64,000 nt of DNA. Origin: Peribolospora baueri. Its lineage: Eukaryota. Shown here one piece after another: positions 46,624-57,139 of this stretch. The translations under genes were made by a program, and so were the position numbers. The notes under the pieces were generated by a model. The model was not told where the DNA came from. It saw only the letters and a list, made by a program, of their open reading frames with translations, and did not search any database. Where the stretch lies: contig JAMDHS010000003.1 of the NCBI GenBank assembly GCA_029717555.1, positions 124,001-188,000 on the forward strand, in the 5' to 3' direction. Numbering within the stretch: position 1 is the first letter of the stretch; each line of letters opens with the position of its first letter.

Positions 46624-48135
46624 GGCGGACGTCGACGTTGAGGAAGGCGATGGGGGCCTAGTGCGGCGGTGAAAGCGAGCTGTGTGTATGCTCATGGACG
46701 GCGGTGGTGGTGGTAGTGGTGGTTGTCGTCGTCACCGTCAGGGATGTGGGTATGAGCTTGTGCGAGATAGATGATCGGCTGAGAAGGGGATGGAAGGAGA
46801 GAGAGGAGGCGGGACAGGAACGGAAGGGAAGGGATGGCCGGGGGTGGAGGGAAAAGGAAAAGAGAAAATGTCGCCGGCGGTCGGAATGAAGAGAGAGGGC
46901 GGGCGTGGAAGCGGAAGGGGCGTGCGGATAGCGAGAGAGAGAGAGAGAGAGCGAGTGTTGTGATGTGATGTGAGTATAGCGAGCGGCCAGTCGGGTCCGT
47001 CCGTCTCTATGTCTCGCTGACTGTCCGTCCCGTACACCTCCACCCGGCTGGCCTGGCCTGGCCTGGCCTGGCACCGTGAGAGCATGCATGTATGGAGAGC
47101 ATGATGTGTATATGTGTTCGTCCTCGTGCTCGCGTGTGCGTCCGACCCATGTCTCGTCCGCGCTGGCACAGATACATACATTCATACATTCATACATACA
47201 TTCGTGCTACCTGAGTACGTGTCTGACGTCGCGGTCCGTGCTGCGAATCAGATAGGACGACGACAACGAGTCGACATGGTGGTGGTCGTCGTCGCCGTCC
47301 CTCTCCCCACCTAGACGCAGGCACTCGCTTCTGTCGTCTCGCCAGGGCACACCAAGGGACGAGGACGAGGTGGACTACCAAGACCAAGGAAGGGAGCAAG
47401 ACCAAGACCAAGATCAAGACCAAGACCAAGACGGAAGACGAAAGACCGAGGCGGCTAATAAGAAAAGCGAAACCAATTGGGACCGTGCGCGCGTCGATCG
47501 CCTGCGAGCCAGGTTAAAAAAAGCCTCCGCCCGCGCGGCAGCCGTGAGCCGTGAGCCGAAGGGGAAGGGGAGGGGCACGGACTGACGGACTGGATGGACT
47601 ACGGCGTTTGAGTCATAACGGTGACGAGAGCGGTTACCGACGGCAAGGCGACGACGACACCGTCTGGACATTCGGCGCCGTCGCCGACGACGACGACTCA
47701 AGACGACTTACTCTACCGTCACTTACGTAAGTCAGTCGGTCGACGCGGACACCGCAGAGAACAGAACAGGCGCTTCGCTTCTTTCGCACTAATGGATGGT
47801 TTCTTTCTCCCTTTCCGTGTCTCTTCGTAGTTTTTTTCGATAACGGGAGAGCCAAAAAAACGGTCGCCCGCACGTTCCACCACTTGTCCTTCCCGTCCAC
47901 CGCCGAGCCTCCATCCACCCACCCACTCACCTATCCATACCTCCTCCCTCTTCCCGCCGGCGCGCACGGGCGCAATGCCGGATGCAGACCGACCGACGAC
48001 CCACGGCCCGGATTCGATCGGTCGATCGTCGATCGGATTCCGTCGGCCGAGACCGGCGAACGGGCGGGTCGGGTCGGCCGGAGGGTCGTCCAAGCGAGCG
48101 AGGGAGAATGAAAACATGCGTGTACACTCCACTAC

Positions 48136-48189
48136 CTACACTACACTACACTACACTACACTACACTACACTCCACTCCACTCCACTCC
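48136..48189. repeat. Compound pentanucleotide microsatellite (CTACA)n-(CTCCA)n
   Basis: Directly visible. The same intergenic region holds (GA)n at 46933-46951, (TGGCC)n at 47048-47072, (CATA/CATT)n at 47173-47201 and (ACCAAG)n at about 47388-47432. Confidence 0.92.
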
Positions 48190-48950
48190 TTCGTCCTTTC
48201 AGCCACGTCTAGATGGATGGCTGTTGGCTGTCCACCTCGCCGTCGCGCTCGTCTCGCTCGGCAACGCGCTGACCCATCCATCATCCATCTGTCCTCCCAC
48301 CTTTCCTCCCTCGGGGCGATCGATGTACCTGCATGGACGACGCCGGTACGGCGACGCGTCGTCGACCCGTAGCCGTAGCCGTAGCCTACCCGGTGCGACC
48401 GCTCTTTCTTTCTTCCACTCACCTTCCCTTCCTTTTTTTTCTTCCTTTTGTTTTCTTTTTTTGTTTTTCTTCCTTCCTCGCTCGCTCGCCATCCCATCGA
48501 TCGATCGATCGACGCGCCAAGCCAAGCCGACCCACCCACCCACCGACGGTACGCACCGCTTGCAATCGATGACCCATCACCGTCATCGTCATCGTCATCC
48601 GCCGGTCCGCTCCGCCGGTCCGCTCCGTCCGATCGGCGCTTCCTTTCTTCCTTCCTTCCGTCTTTCTTCCTCGTGCTCCCTACCTCCCTACCGAGACATG
48701 TGTACCCATACTTGCGTTCTACTCCAGCAGTACTGGGCATCGGATCGGGTATAGACACGCACACGAGACCAGACTACGCCGACCACAACCGATAACACCG
48801 CGCGCCATGTGGTATCGTTGCGAACGAGAGATATAGATAGATGATTGATGACGGCTTTCGGCTCGTTTAGCGACTTGGTTTCGTCGGACGGCGGCCAAAG
48901 TAGGCAGACCCAGCTCGACCGGCCAGCCAACTTGAAAATACAAAACCCTT

Positions 48951-51900
48951 TCAAGCATTCACTCCAAACGCACCAGGGCGGGCCATAAGACCCTTGCTAA
49001 ACGCGTTGGCTACCGTCTCGAAACCGTCTTCGCTCTCCGCCACCTCTTGGAGAAATAGGTCGTGCTGGTCTGCCAGCGCTTCGTTCGTTCGTCGGATTTC
49101 TCGGATGACGCCGTGCGCGCGAGCGCAATTTGGGCACTGTCCAGATTAAATAAAATAGCGACAAGGACGGGTTAGCTTTTTCGCCAGTCCACACCACACC
49201 CACACCCCTCTCTCTCCCCTCTGCGCACCTCCGTCTCACTGTCCGCCAAACAGCGCCGATGATAGCTGTGCCGACACATAAAGTGCACGCTCGGCAGGTC
49301 CAGCTGTCCGCCACACGCCGAGCACTTCGTGACTTGAAACACGCGCGGCGTGTTGGGATCTGACAGCTCTGCCACCTCCCGTAGCTTTTTTGCCGTCTCC
49401 GTGCGGTATGAGTCGATGAGGTGTCGATCCTGCGAACGAGGGGCGACGAAGCGAGTCGGGAATGAATGAAATGCAACCCGAAAGAACACGACCACCGACA
49501 ACCTACCCCTTCGATCTCTCTCTGCTCCCCTTCAATCTCCCGCCGCAGGTAATCGCGCACGAGCCCCACGCTCGCATAGCCCGACCGAGCGAGCATCTGG
49601 ACCACCTCGAGCGGGCTCATGATACCCTCCCGCTCGATCGTCGCCAGAATGTCCGCCATGTCCGTCGAGTGCGTCGAGAGCAGACTCGGCGATGATACGA
49701 GGTACGATAGCACCGTCCCGTACAGGTGCGGGTTCGCCGGCCCATACACCCGCAGCGCTGCCATCACACGCGCCGACCCTGGATGCCCTGGAGCGCTTTC
49801 TCGTGGCGCGCCGCCCTTCTTCTCGTCGGTGACGACGACGCCGACGTCGTCTCCGCCATCGCCTTGCTCGCCGCCCCATTCCATCCACAACCGTACCACG
49901 TCCTCGTACATGCCCAGTCGCTCGTAGAGATAGACCGTGCCGTCGACAAAGCCCTCCATGGAGCACAGCAAGAGCGCATGATGGACGTTATAAGGCAGCG
50001 TCTCGTGCTGTGTCAGCAGCCGGAACGCCTTGGATCGAAGCGCACTTCGACGTTCCGGAGCAGACGGATGAGGCCAAGTCGTCGACGACGACGAAGGCGA
50101 CGGCGGAGAAGGACGGGAGAGGAAAAGGTAGAGCTCCAATAGCGTGTTCCACACGCTTCGCTGATCCCCCTTCTCCGCGTCGTCGTAATCTTCTTCAAAC
50201 TGGCCGCCGCCCAGCTCGAGCTGCAGCTTCTCCATCTCCTCGTCCAACCCATCCGCAATTTCCGTGCTCGCTTTACGCATCGGCGGTCGCGTCGGCAAAG
50301 ACTCTTGCGCCACCGCTTGACCCCACCTCCGCCGAGCGATTTCCTCAAGGAAGCCCATCAACTGATGCGGGTGGTGGACAAAGTGGGCAAAAAAGATGCG
50401 AGGCGAAGGGATTCGGTAGGCAGGTTTCGCCTCCACGGCGGCCGAGTCGCCGAGACCGCCACCACGACCGTTCGTCTCCGTAGATCCTCCCCCGCTCATC
50501 ATCGTCGGGCTGCTTTCACCTTTCGACGTGCTTTGAACCGGTGGCTGACTTCGCTCCTTCCCTGTCCCAGAGCTGCTGCTCACCTCCATCTTCTCCCCCC
50601 CCGTGCCATCGCCTCCGGACAGCTGTGGCTTGCTAGGCTCGGCCTTGCTCGCCGTCGTCGCCTTGCCGTAGCCGCCCACCTGCAGGTAGCTGAGGTAGCC
50701 CGCAGACGGCAAGCGCGCGGCCTCTTGTTTCTTAGCCGCCGCCGCCGCTTCGCGCTCTTCAGGCGATGGCCACGGGACCGGAGAAAAGTTCCCTGAGCAC
50801 AGATCTATCAGCACGTTCGTCGTCTCCACTGGCAAGTGAGACAGGATCGCCTTTCCGTGCTTGAGCAGGATCCTTTCAGCCTGATTTCGCGACGAGCATC
50901 AAGGCGAACCCGGTCAGGGAGACAGGGAAGAAGAGAGAAAGCGAAGGGAAACAGCGACTCACCACCTCAGCATCCATACTCTTCACATAGCCAAGCGCGT
51001 CAGCCCAATCACCCACGTCCTCGACTTGTATCCTGACATACTCGTCATGCTCGCCATACCTCCTTGCGAGGTAGCTCGCGTGAGAATAGTAGCCGGATTG
51101 TCGGCAGACGCGCATTGCCGTCTCGAGGTCGAACGGGAGCTCTTCTTCCTCCTCCGTCGTCCCCGTCTCGTCCGCTCCCTCGGCCGACGCCTGACCGCCC
51201 TGCTTTCTGCGAACACCGTGGCCATCGGCCACTGCGGCTGATGCTGTGGACGGAGAGGCAGAAACCGCATGGGGAGTTTTGATGAAGCGATCCAAGCTTT
51301 GTACGTCTTTGAGCTTCGTGAAGCAATTGAGCAGGAGCGTCGTGTGGTCGCTATTGGCCATGCCGTGCGCGTGAAGGGCCTGGAGGTACGAGGTGAGGTT
51401 GTGAATGCGTTGGGCATCGAGGAACTACGGGAAAAAAAACGAAAGGTTGGGGGGAGGTCAGCTGATATAGATCAGCACTTCTGGGGGCAAGCGAAGACGC
51501 CAGCAGGTTCTTGCGGCTGCTCCGACCTTACGGATGACGTAGCTAGGCTCCGTCCCGCCTTTCGTGATCGTCCTCTCAAACTTATCCACAGCGCCCTCAT
51601 AGTCGCCCTTGAGGTAAAGATGGTCGCCGTACTTGCGATATACCTCAGCCATGGCAGGCGCGTCGGCTCCGTGGCTGCGCGCCAGGCTCACAGCGAGCTG
51701 GAAGAGGTTCTTGCGATAGAGCAGCTCCAGCTTTTGCGAGATAGGTTTTTCCGTCAGTCGAGTGAGCTGTCGTGACCGCAATACGTAGCGTAATCCTGAT
51801 GAGCACATTGAATCGCCGCATCATGATGGGAAGCTTTTCGTTTGTTCGCTCACCCCGCCGTCGTTCGTCCAAACGACCAACTCTCCCCTTCCCTCAGACC

Positions 51901-53561
51901 ACACCTCCTTTACTCCCTTCTCAAACGTGCCGCTATACGCGATCAACTTGTTGTCAAGGTCGAAAAGCGTAACCTTGCTGATATCATTCGATCCCCTGCT
52001 CCCTCCCCTCCCGGCGAAGGCGGAACCAGAATTCATGGGCGAGCCCTTCGTGGGACTACCAAACTTGGTCGGACTGCCAGCGCCAACCTTGGTTGGACTG
52101 CTACTCAAGCTAGAGGTGGAGGCGTTCGCGGCGGGAGCGCGTCCGCTCACGTAGTTTCGCACCGTAGCGCTGGCGCTAGCCGCGGACGGGAGGAAGGGAG
52201 GGCTGACGATGACGAGGTGAGCGGGAGCAGCGAGCGCTACGGAGCTCTTGGGGCCCTCGTAAGCGTAGCAAGCCTCGCGGCCCTCGGCGCCGTAGACGTA
52301 GATAGCCTCCGAGCGAGCTGCGACCATGCGAGGCGCGCCGATGTCGTGTGGCGAGGTGACTTTTTGGGCACCAACATCCTTCCCTGATGGCAGGTCCGGC
52401 GAGAGCATCGCCGCCGGAGGGGCCATGGTTGCGCAGCCAAGACCGCAGCCAACTTCGTCTACGACCTTCGCGGCAGAACCCGAGCCCTTTCCGGTGACGA
52501 TGTAAGAGAGTACCCGCGAAGTGGTAACGATGAGCAGCGTACAACCTGACGCGGCGGGGGTGCCCTGTGCTCCCCGACTTTTGTCACTTCCGCCAACTCC
52601 ACCTCCGCCCGCGTCCCCCTTTCGACCTCCTCCGGTCTTTCCCTTGCCGTCTAATGGCTCTCGAAATCCCAATCCGGTGATAGGTTCCCCCTCACCTCCC
52701 TCGTGTACGACCTTGAACTTGGGTAACGGCGTCGCGGGTGAGCTGCTAGCCGCTAGAGCCTGGTCGAGATGTCGTAAAATGAGGACGCTCCCGTCAGCAA
52801 GGCCGATGGCAAGGTGGGAGAGGGAAGGGGCAAGAGCGAGTGTTGTGATGGGATGGGGCCGATTGCTGCGCTGTATCTGGGACATGCGCAGAAGCAAAGG
52901 TGCCCCCGACTCGTCCTTGCGTCTGAGGTCCCAAATCTTCAGTATGGGGTAACGGGAGGCTTCCTCTTCCTGGAAAAGTAAATCAATGCAAGTCAAATTT
53001 CGTCCAGCCATCATGAGCGTGGAACAAAGCCGACCGTAAAGGGAAAGAAAGCCAACGGGTGATCGAACACTTACGCCAAGAGTGACGAGTGCCCTCCTGC
53101 GACCGATAGTCATGTGCGTCACACGCCCACCCTCATATGCCCTCCAAGAACTCTCAATCTCGTAGTCTTTGTTTATCCGATGAACATTGCCGTCGATGTC
53201 CGCGAGGAGCAACGTGGAGGAAGAGGGGTGCGAGGCAACGGCGAAAATCGAGTTGGGTGTCTACACGAAAGGAAGGGTGACGGAGACGTGAGTCGCGAAA
53301 GGCGACCAAAGTCGAACACGATTGTGCATCGTAAAGAAAACAAACGTACTCGGAAGACTTTGGGAGCGCTCCCAAAGTCATTGACATCCCGGATCGGCGA
53401 TGAGTCGAAAAACTGAAATTGTCTCCACTGGGGCGAAAAGCAGAGAAGGGGTTGAGCTATCGTCTCCCCAGTCATCTATCTGCCCAATCAGCCTTCGAAC
53501 GACTAGACGAAGTACTCACAGCAGCCCCCTCCTTCCAAATGCTCCCCGCCGGCGCCGCCAT
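48951..53561 (-). CDS. VPS11: Vps11/Pep5, class C core subunit of HOPS/CORVET with a C-terminal RING-H2, multi-exon
   Basis: [129 protein letters not shown] and [25 protein letters not shown]..|CPNC. Confidence 0.96.
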
Positions 53562-53820
53562 CTTTCTTTCTTGCCTTCGAGGACGTCGAGCAGGTCTCGC
53601 TAACGACAAGCAAATAGACGACGGCACGTCCCCCTCACGCCGGCTCGGCGTCCACAACCGCCCACCAGGTGGGATGATGATCGGCGCCCATCTCCGAAAC
53701 TCTCACGGCCCCGTCGGCACATCGCGTCTGACGCGACGACGCGTAAATGAAACCAGCTCAGGATAGCACACCACCACCGTGATTGAGATCGAGAGCAGGA
53801 GGAGAGACGCAAGAGCGATT

Positions 53821-55537
53821 ATGGCGCCCACATCCAAACCATCCTCCTCCTCCGCACCGTTCACCTCCCTCCCGCGCATCCAGTCGCTCTCCCTCACCCT
53901 CCTCCAAATCGTCCACCCGTCCACGCAGCCTCCCTCCCGTCTTCCCTCCCTCCCTCAACCTCTTCCTCACCTCCCCGCGCCGGTGCTCACACCTTTCGAG
54001 AAGAATATCCTATCTCGGCATGAGGAACGAGTCGCATCCGAGAGGGCAGAAAGGAGGGAGCGAAGGAAGGAGGTGCGGAAGTTGATGGGAGAGAAGGGAA
54101 AGAGCAGAGCTACGGATAGGGATCTGGAGAGATGGGAGAAGGACGAGTTGGAAAGGAGGAGGGAGGAGGTGGAGGAGGAGATCGCAAGGGTGAGGAGGGA
54201 TTTGGCGGTTAAGGAGGCGGCTGTAGAGAGGTGAGTAGGAGGGGCCGTTTCTCTTCCTTGTCAACTCTCATGTTCGGTCTCAATTTTTGACGCTCAAATC
54301 GGGCCTCCCTCTCGAGACACCCAATGGCGCATGAAAGTGGTGGACACGGAGTGATATCCTAATTTTCTTTCTCGCTGGAACAGTGCAAATATGTCGCACT
54401 CGGTTTTGCAGGCCCTGAATGACCCATCGAAGTGAGCTTGTCCCTGCTTTTCTTTCCGCCGTCACCTTCGTGCGCGCTCTTTTCGTCTCGCTGACGATTC
54501 AATCTCTTCAACTGGCCCTCTGTCTGTCTCCTTTCTCACTCTTTACATGCGTGGTTATTCTGCATTCTTCATCCCTTCCCACGATTTGCTTACCGGGCCA
54601 ACCTCCAGCCCGCTCCACCGACTCCTCCGAGAACGAGACGACCTGACATTCCGCTTCCTGCAACGACACAAAGAGCTCCAAAGTTTGCTCGACGAGCTGG
54701 ACAGCCTGAGGCGGAGCCTCACAAGTGAGTGAGAAGGAACAGCCTTTGTTCTGCAAGGCCATTTGGTGCTCTTTCTGCAGTGTGATTGCCAAAGCTTTTA
54801 GTAAGCGTGCTGTCGTCTAACCACCGTTGTGGCTCTTAACCTACCTCGCGCGTTCTCGATACTCCAAAACTAAGTCGCCCAAGCCCGTAACCGCACCCTC
54901 CTTCAGTCTGTTCGTTCCGCCTCCTCCGTTGCAGAAGCCAGCGTGCGAGAGGCGATGAATGACCAAGCTAAGGAAAATGTGGAGAGGTGAGCTTGTATCA
55001 CATGTATGGTGGCACTGGCACCGAGAGTGCACCCTGACCTGACTAGTTCCTCTTCATCGGTCGCCTCGTTTCTTTCCTCTGATTTCCTGCGCATGGTTTT
55101 TCGTCTTTGAATCGAATTCGACTTGGAATTTTGGTGGCACGCAGGCTCGAGTCGTCCATAGCGGAAACGAATGCGAAACGGGAGATGGTCCGGAACGTTT
55201 TGCAGGTGCGTTCGCACGCGAGGACGTCTGCTCGTCACCCTACCTTGGAGAGGCTTGGGCTGACATTCTTCCTTCTATTTTGTGCCCTCGTTTCGTTTTC
55301 GCCCCGTCTCCCTTTTACCGCCCGCGCCTGATATATTCAAACCACAACACCACCCGGCAATATTAGGGCCTTGTCCTAGCCTCAGGCGTAGCGTGGCGCG
55401 ACGACCCGGAGCTGCTGGAGCTGATGCTCCGACTAGGTGACGGAAGGGATGTGGATGAGGAGAAGTCAGATGAGGGGGAAGATTTGCGAGAGGACGTGAT
55501 GGAGGAGGTAGAGGAAGGAGGAGAAGAGGAAGGATGA
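53821..55537 (+). CDS. Coiled-coil protein with a CENP-H (Fta3/Mcm16)-like C-terminus, multi-exon
   Basis: Charged coiled-coil exons (LHRLLRERDDLT...; LESSIAETNAKREMVRNVLQ) spliced to GLVLASGVAWRDDPELLELML (exon from 55367). This resembles the CENP-H C-terminal SGVxWxxDP motif. Internal exons are uncertain. Confidence 0.65.
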
Positions 55538-56057
55538 TGATGGGGGATAGGGAGCGTGAGAGGATGCGAAGTTCAGGACGCGCGAGGTGGATGTCACTTT
55601 GTCTACATCATCCTCTTCGGCCGTTCCGCCGTTCATATTGTCAGATTGGCTAGTCTTTCGACCTGTCTAGACGAGCGCCGAGTCGCATTCTGAACCGTTT
55701 GCAGAATCGACGGGAGTTATTCATGAGCAGAACACACGACTGGAGAGACGAGTGAGCGACGGCATGCTACAGGCTGAACATCGGCCCGAATCTTTGGGAT
55801 TGAGCTTTTTTTATCCTTGGCCTTGCGAAGACATGCCTCACTCCTGGGACACGACACGCGCAGCGGCAAACCGGATGAAGCAGATATGTGATTCGGTGGC
55901 ACTCTACGAAGCCAGTTCATGTGACTACAAGCTGCTGCGAACAGATTCTATCCTTGCGCGACCAGTGTGTTTGAACTGCCTGTCCAGGCCGGTCGCTCCG
56001 CTGGACTTCGATTCGTAAGGGACGGAAAGAAGGCACGGAAGTCGTCCTTTCGGAAGT

Positions 56058-56631
56058 TTACGCCTTTGCCTTGGTAGAGTCCTTGGGCGGCTCGATCCAG
56101 GTCTGCCGCGATGAGGGGGCGGAGGATGGGTGGCCAAGGCAGTACGAAAGGACGATGTAAGGATCAGTAAGGTCAGGAGACAGAGTAGTCGCCTGCGTTC
56201 GAGACGACTAGAACTATGTGCGATTTTGAACAAAGCGAAGACCGTTTCTTCATACCGCCTGGCATCCTCTCTGCATGGTCGTTATTCCCTTATCCCCTCT
56301 TCCAACTCCCCTCCCCGGCCCGCAACGCAGACGAGACGATCCCACCAGTGGTTCGCTTCGGAAACTCACCTGTTCACCAGCCTGGCCATTCTGCCAGCGC
56401 TGGAACCTGAGAGCCATTTCGCCTCTGCGCTCGGCCCTGACGCGCTCCTCCTCCTTGAGCGCCGAGCGGGTCGCGCGGGCGGCAACGGAGACGTACTTGT
56501 TGTAGCTGTGGCATCGCAGAAGAGGTTTGCGAAGGGGGAGGATTAGACGGAAGTGCAAAAATACGTCGCTGAGGGGACCTGGGTCCCTGGGATACTCACG
56601 TGAAGAACTGGCGCCACGAAGCGGAGCTCAT
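56058..56631 (-). CDS. ATP15: Mitochondrial F1 ATP synthase epsilon subunit, 3 exons
   Basis: MSSASWRQFFT|YNKYVSVAARATRSALKEEERVRAERRGEMALRFQRWQNGQAGEQ|TWIEPPKDSTKAKA*. Introns about 56506-56599 and 56103-56369. Confidence 0.92.
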
Positions 56632-57139
56632 GATGATGAACGAAGGGAGTGGTGAGGGAAGGGAAGACAGACGGATTGCACCGGCGATCGCTGCCCGTGC
56701 GGGCGCCCGACGACGGCAGAAAGCGGTTCGGCAGGCTGGTTAGGGTTGCCCAACCAAATTCCCACGTACCACGTGACTCACTTCAAGTGCGAGAGGATTC
56801 GTGCCCGTGTTATTTCGTCGTGCAAAGATATTCAGAAGGAGGCAAGGGAAGAGACTGATGAACCGCAGGGAAGTGGGAAGGACAGCGAAAACAGACGAGA
56901 CGGAGGTAGCACTGAGGGAAGGGCAGTCCTCGTATTTCGTAGTCTTACAACAAATGAATCGAAATCCGAGCAAAACGAAAGGGCGGGGAGGAACTGACAA
57001 GGACGAGAGTAGTAATGCAAATGGGGAGAAGGAAGGGGGTCGACGCTGAAGAAGACGAGTGTTCGGGAGACGATCGCCCTGAAATCCTGCCTAGGCAACC
57101 AGTCACGACCCAAACTCATCCAAATCCATCCCGTTCATG

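Noticed and set aside
47370..48795. Small ORFs with DQ, TTLHY or His repeats in the YTP1-VPS11 spacer, considered as pheromone precursors or small peptides
   Set aside because: They are translations of microsatellites, with no CAAX-terminated precursor and no receptor or homeodomain MAT genes in the window.
18293..56631. ATP17 and ATP15 (plus CBP3) as a mitochondrial gene cluster
   Set aside because: They are about 37 kb apart with many unrelated genes between them, which is consistent with chance.
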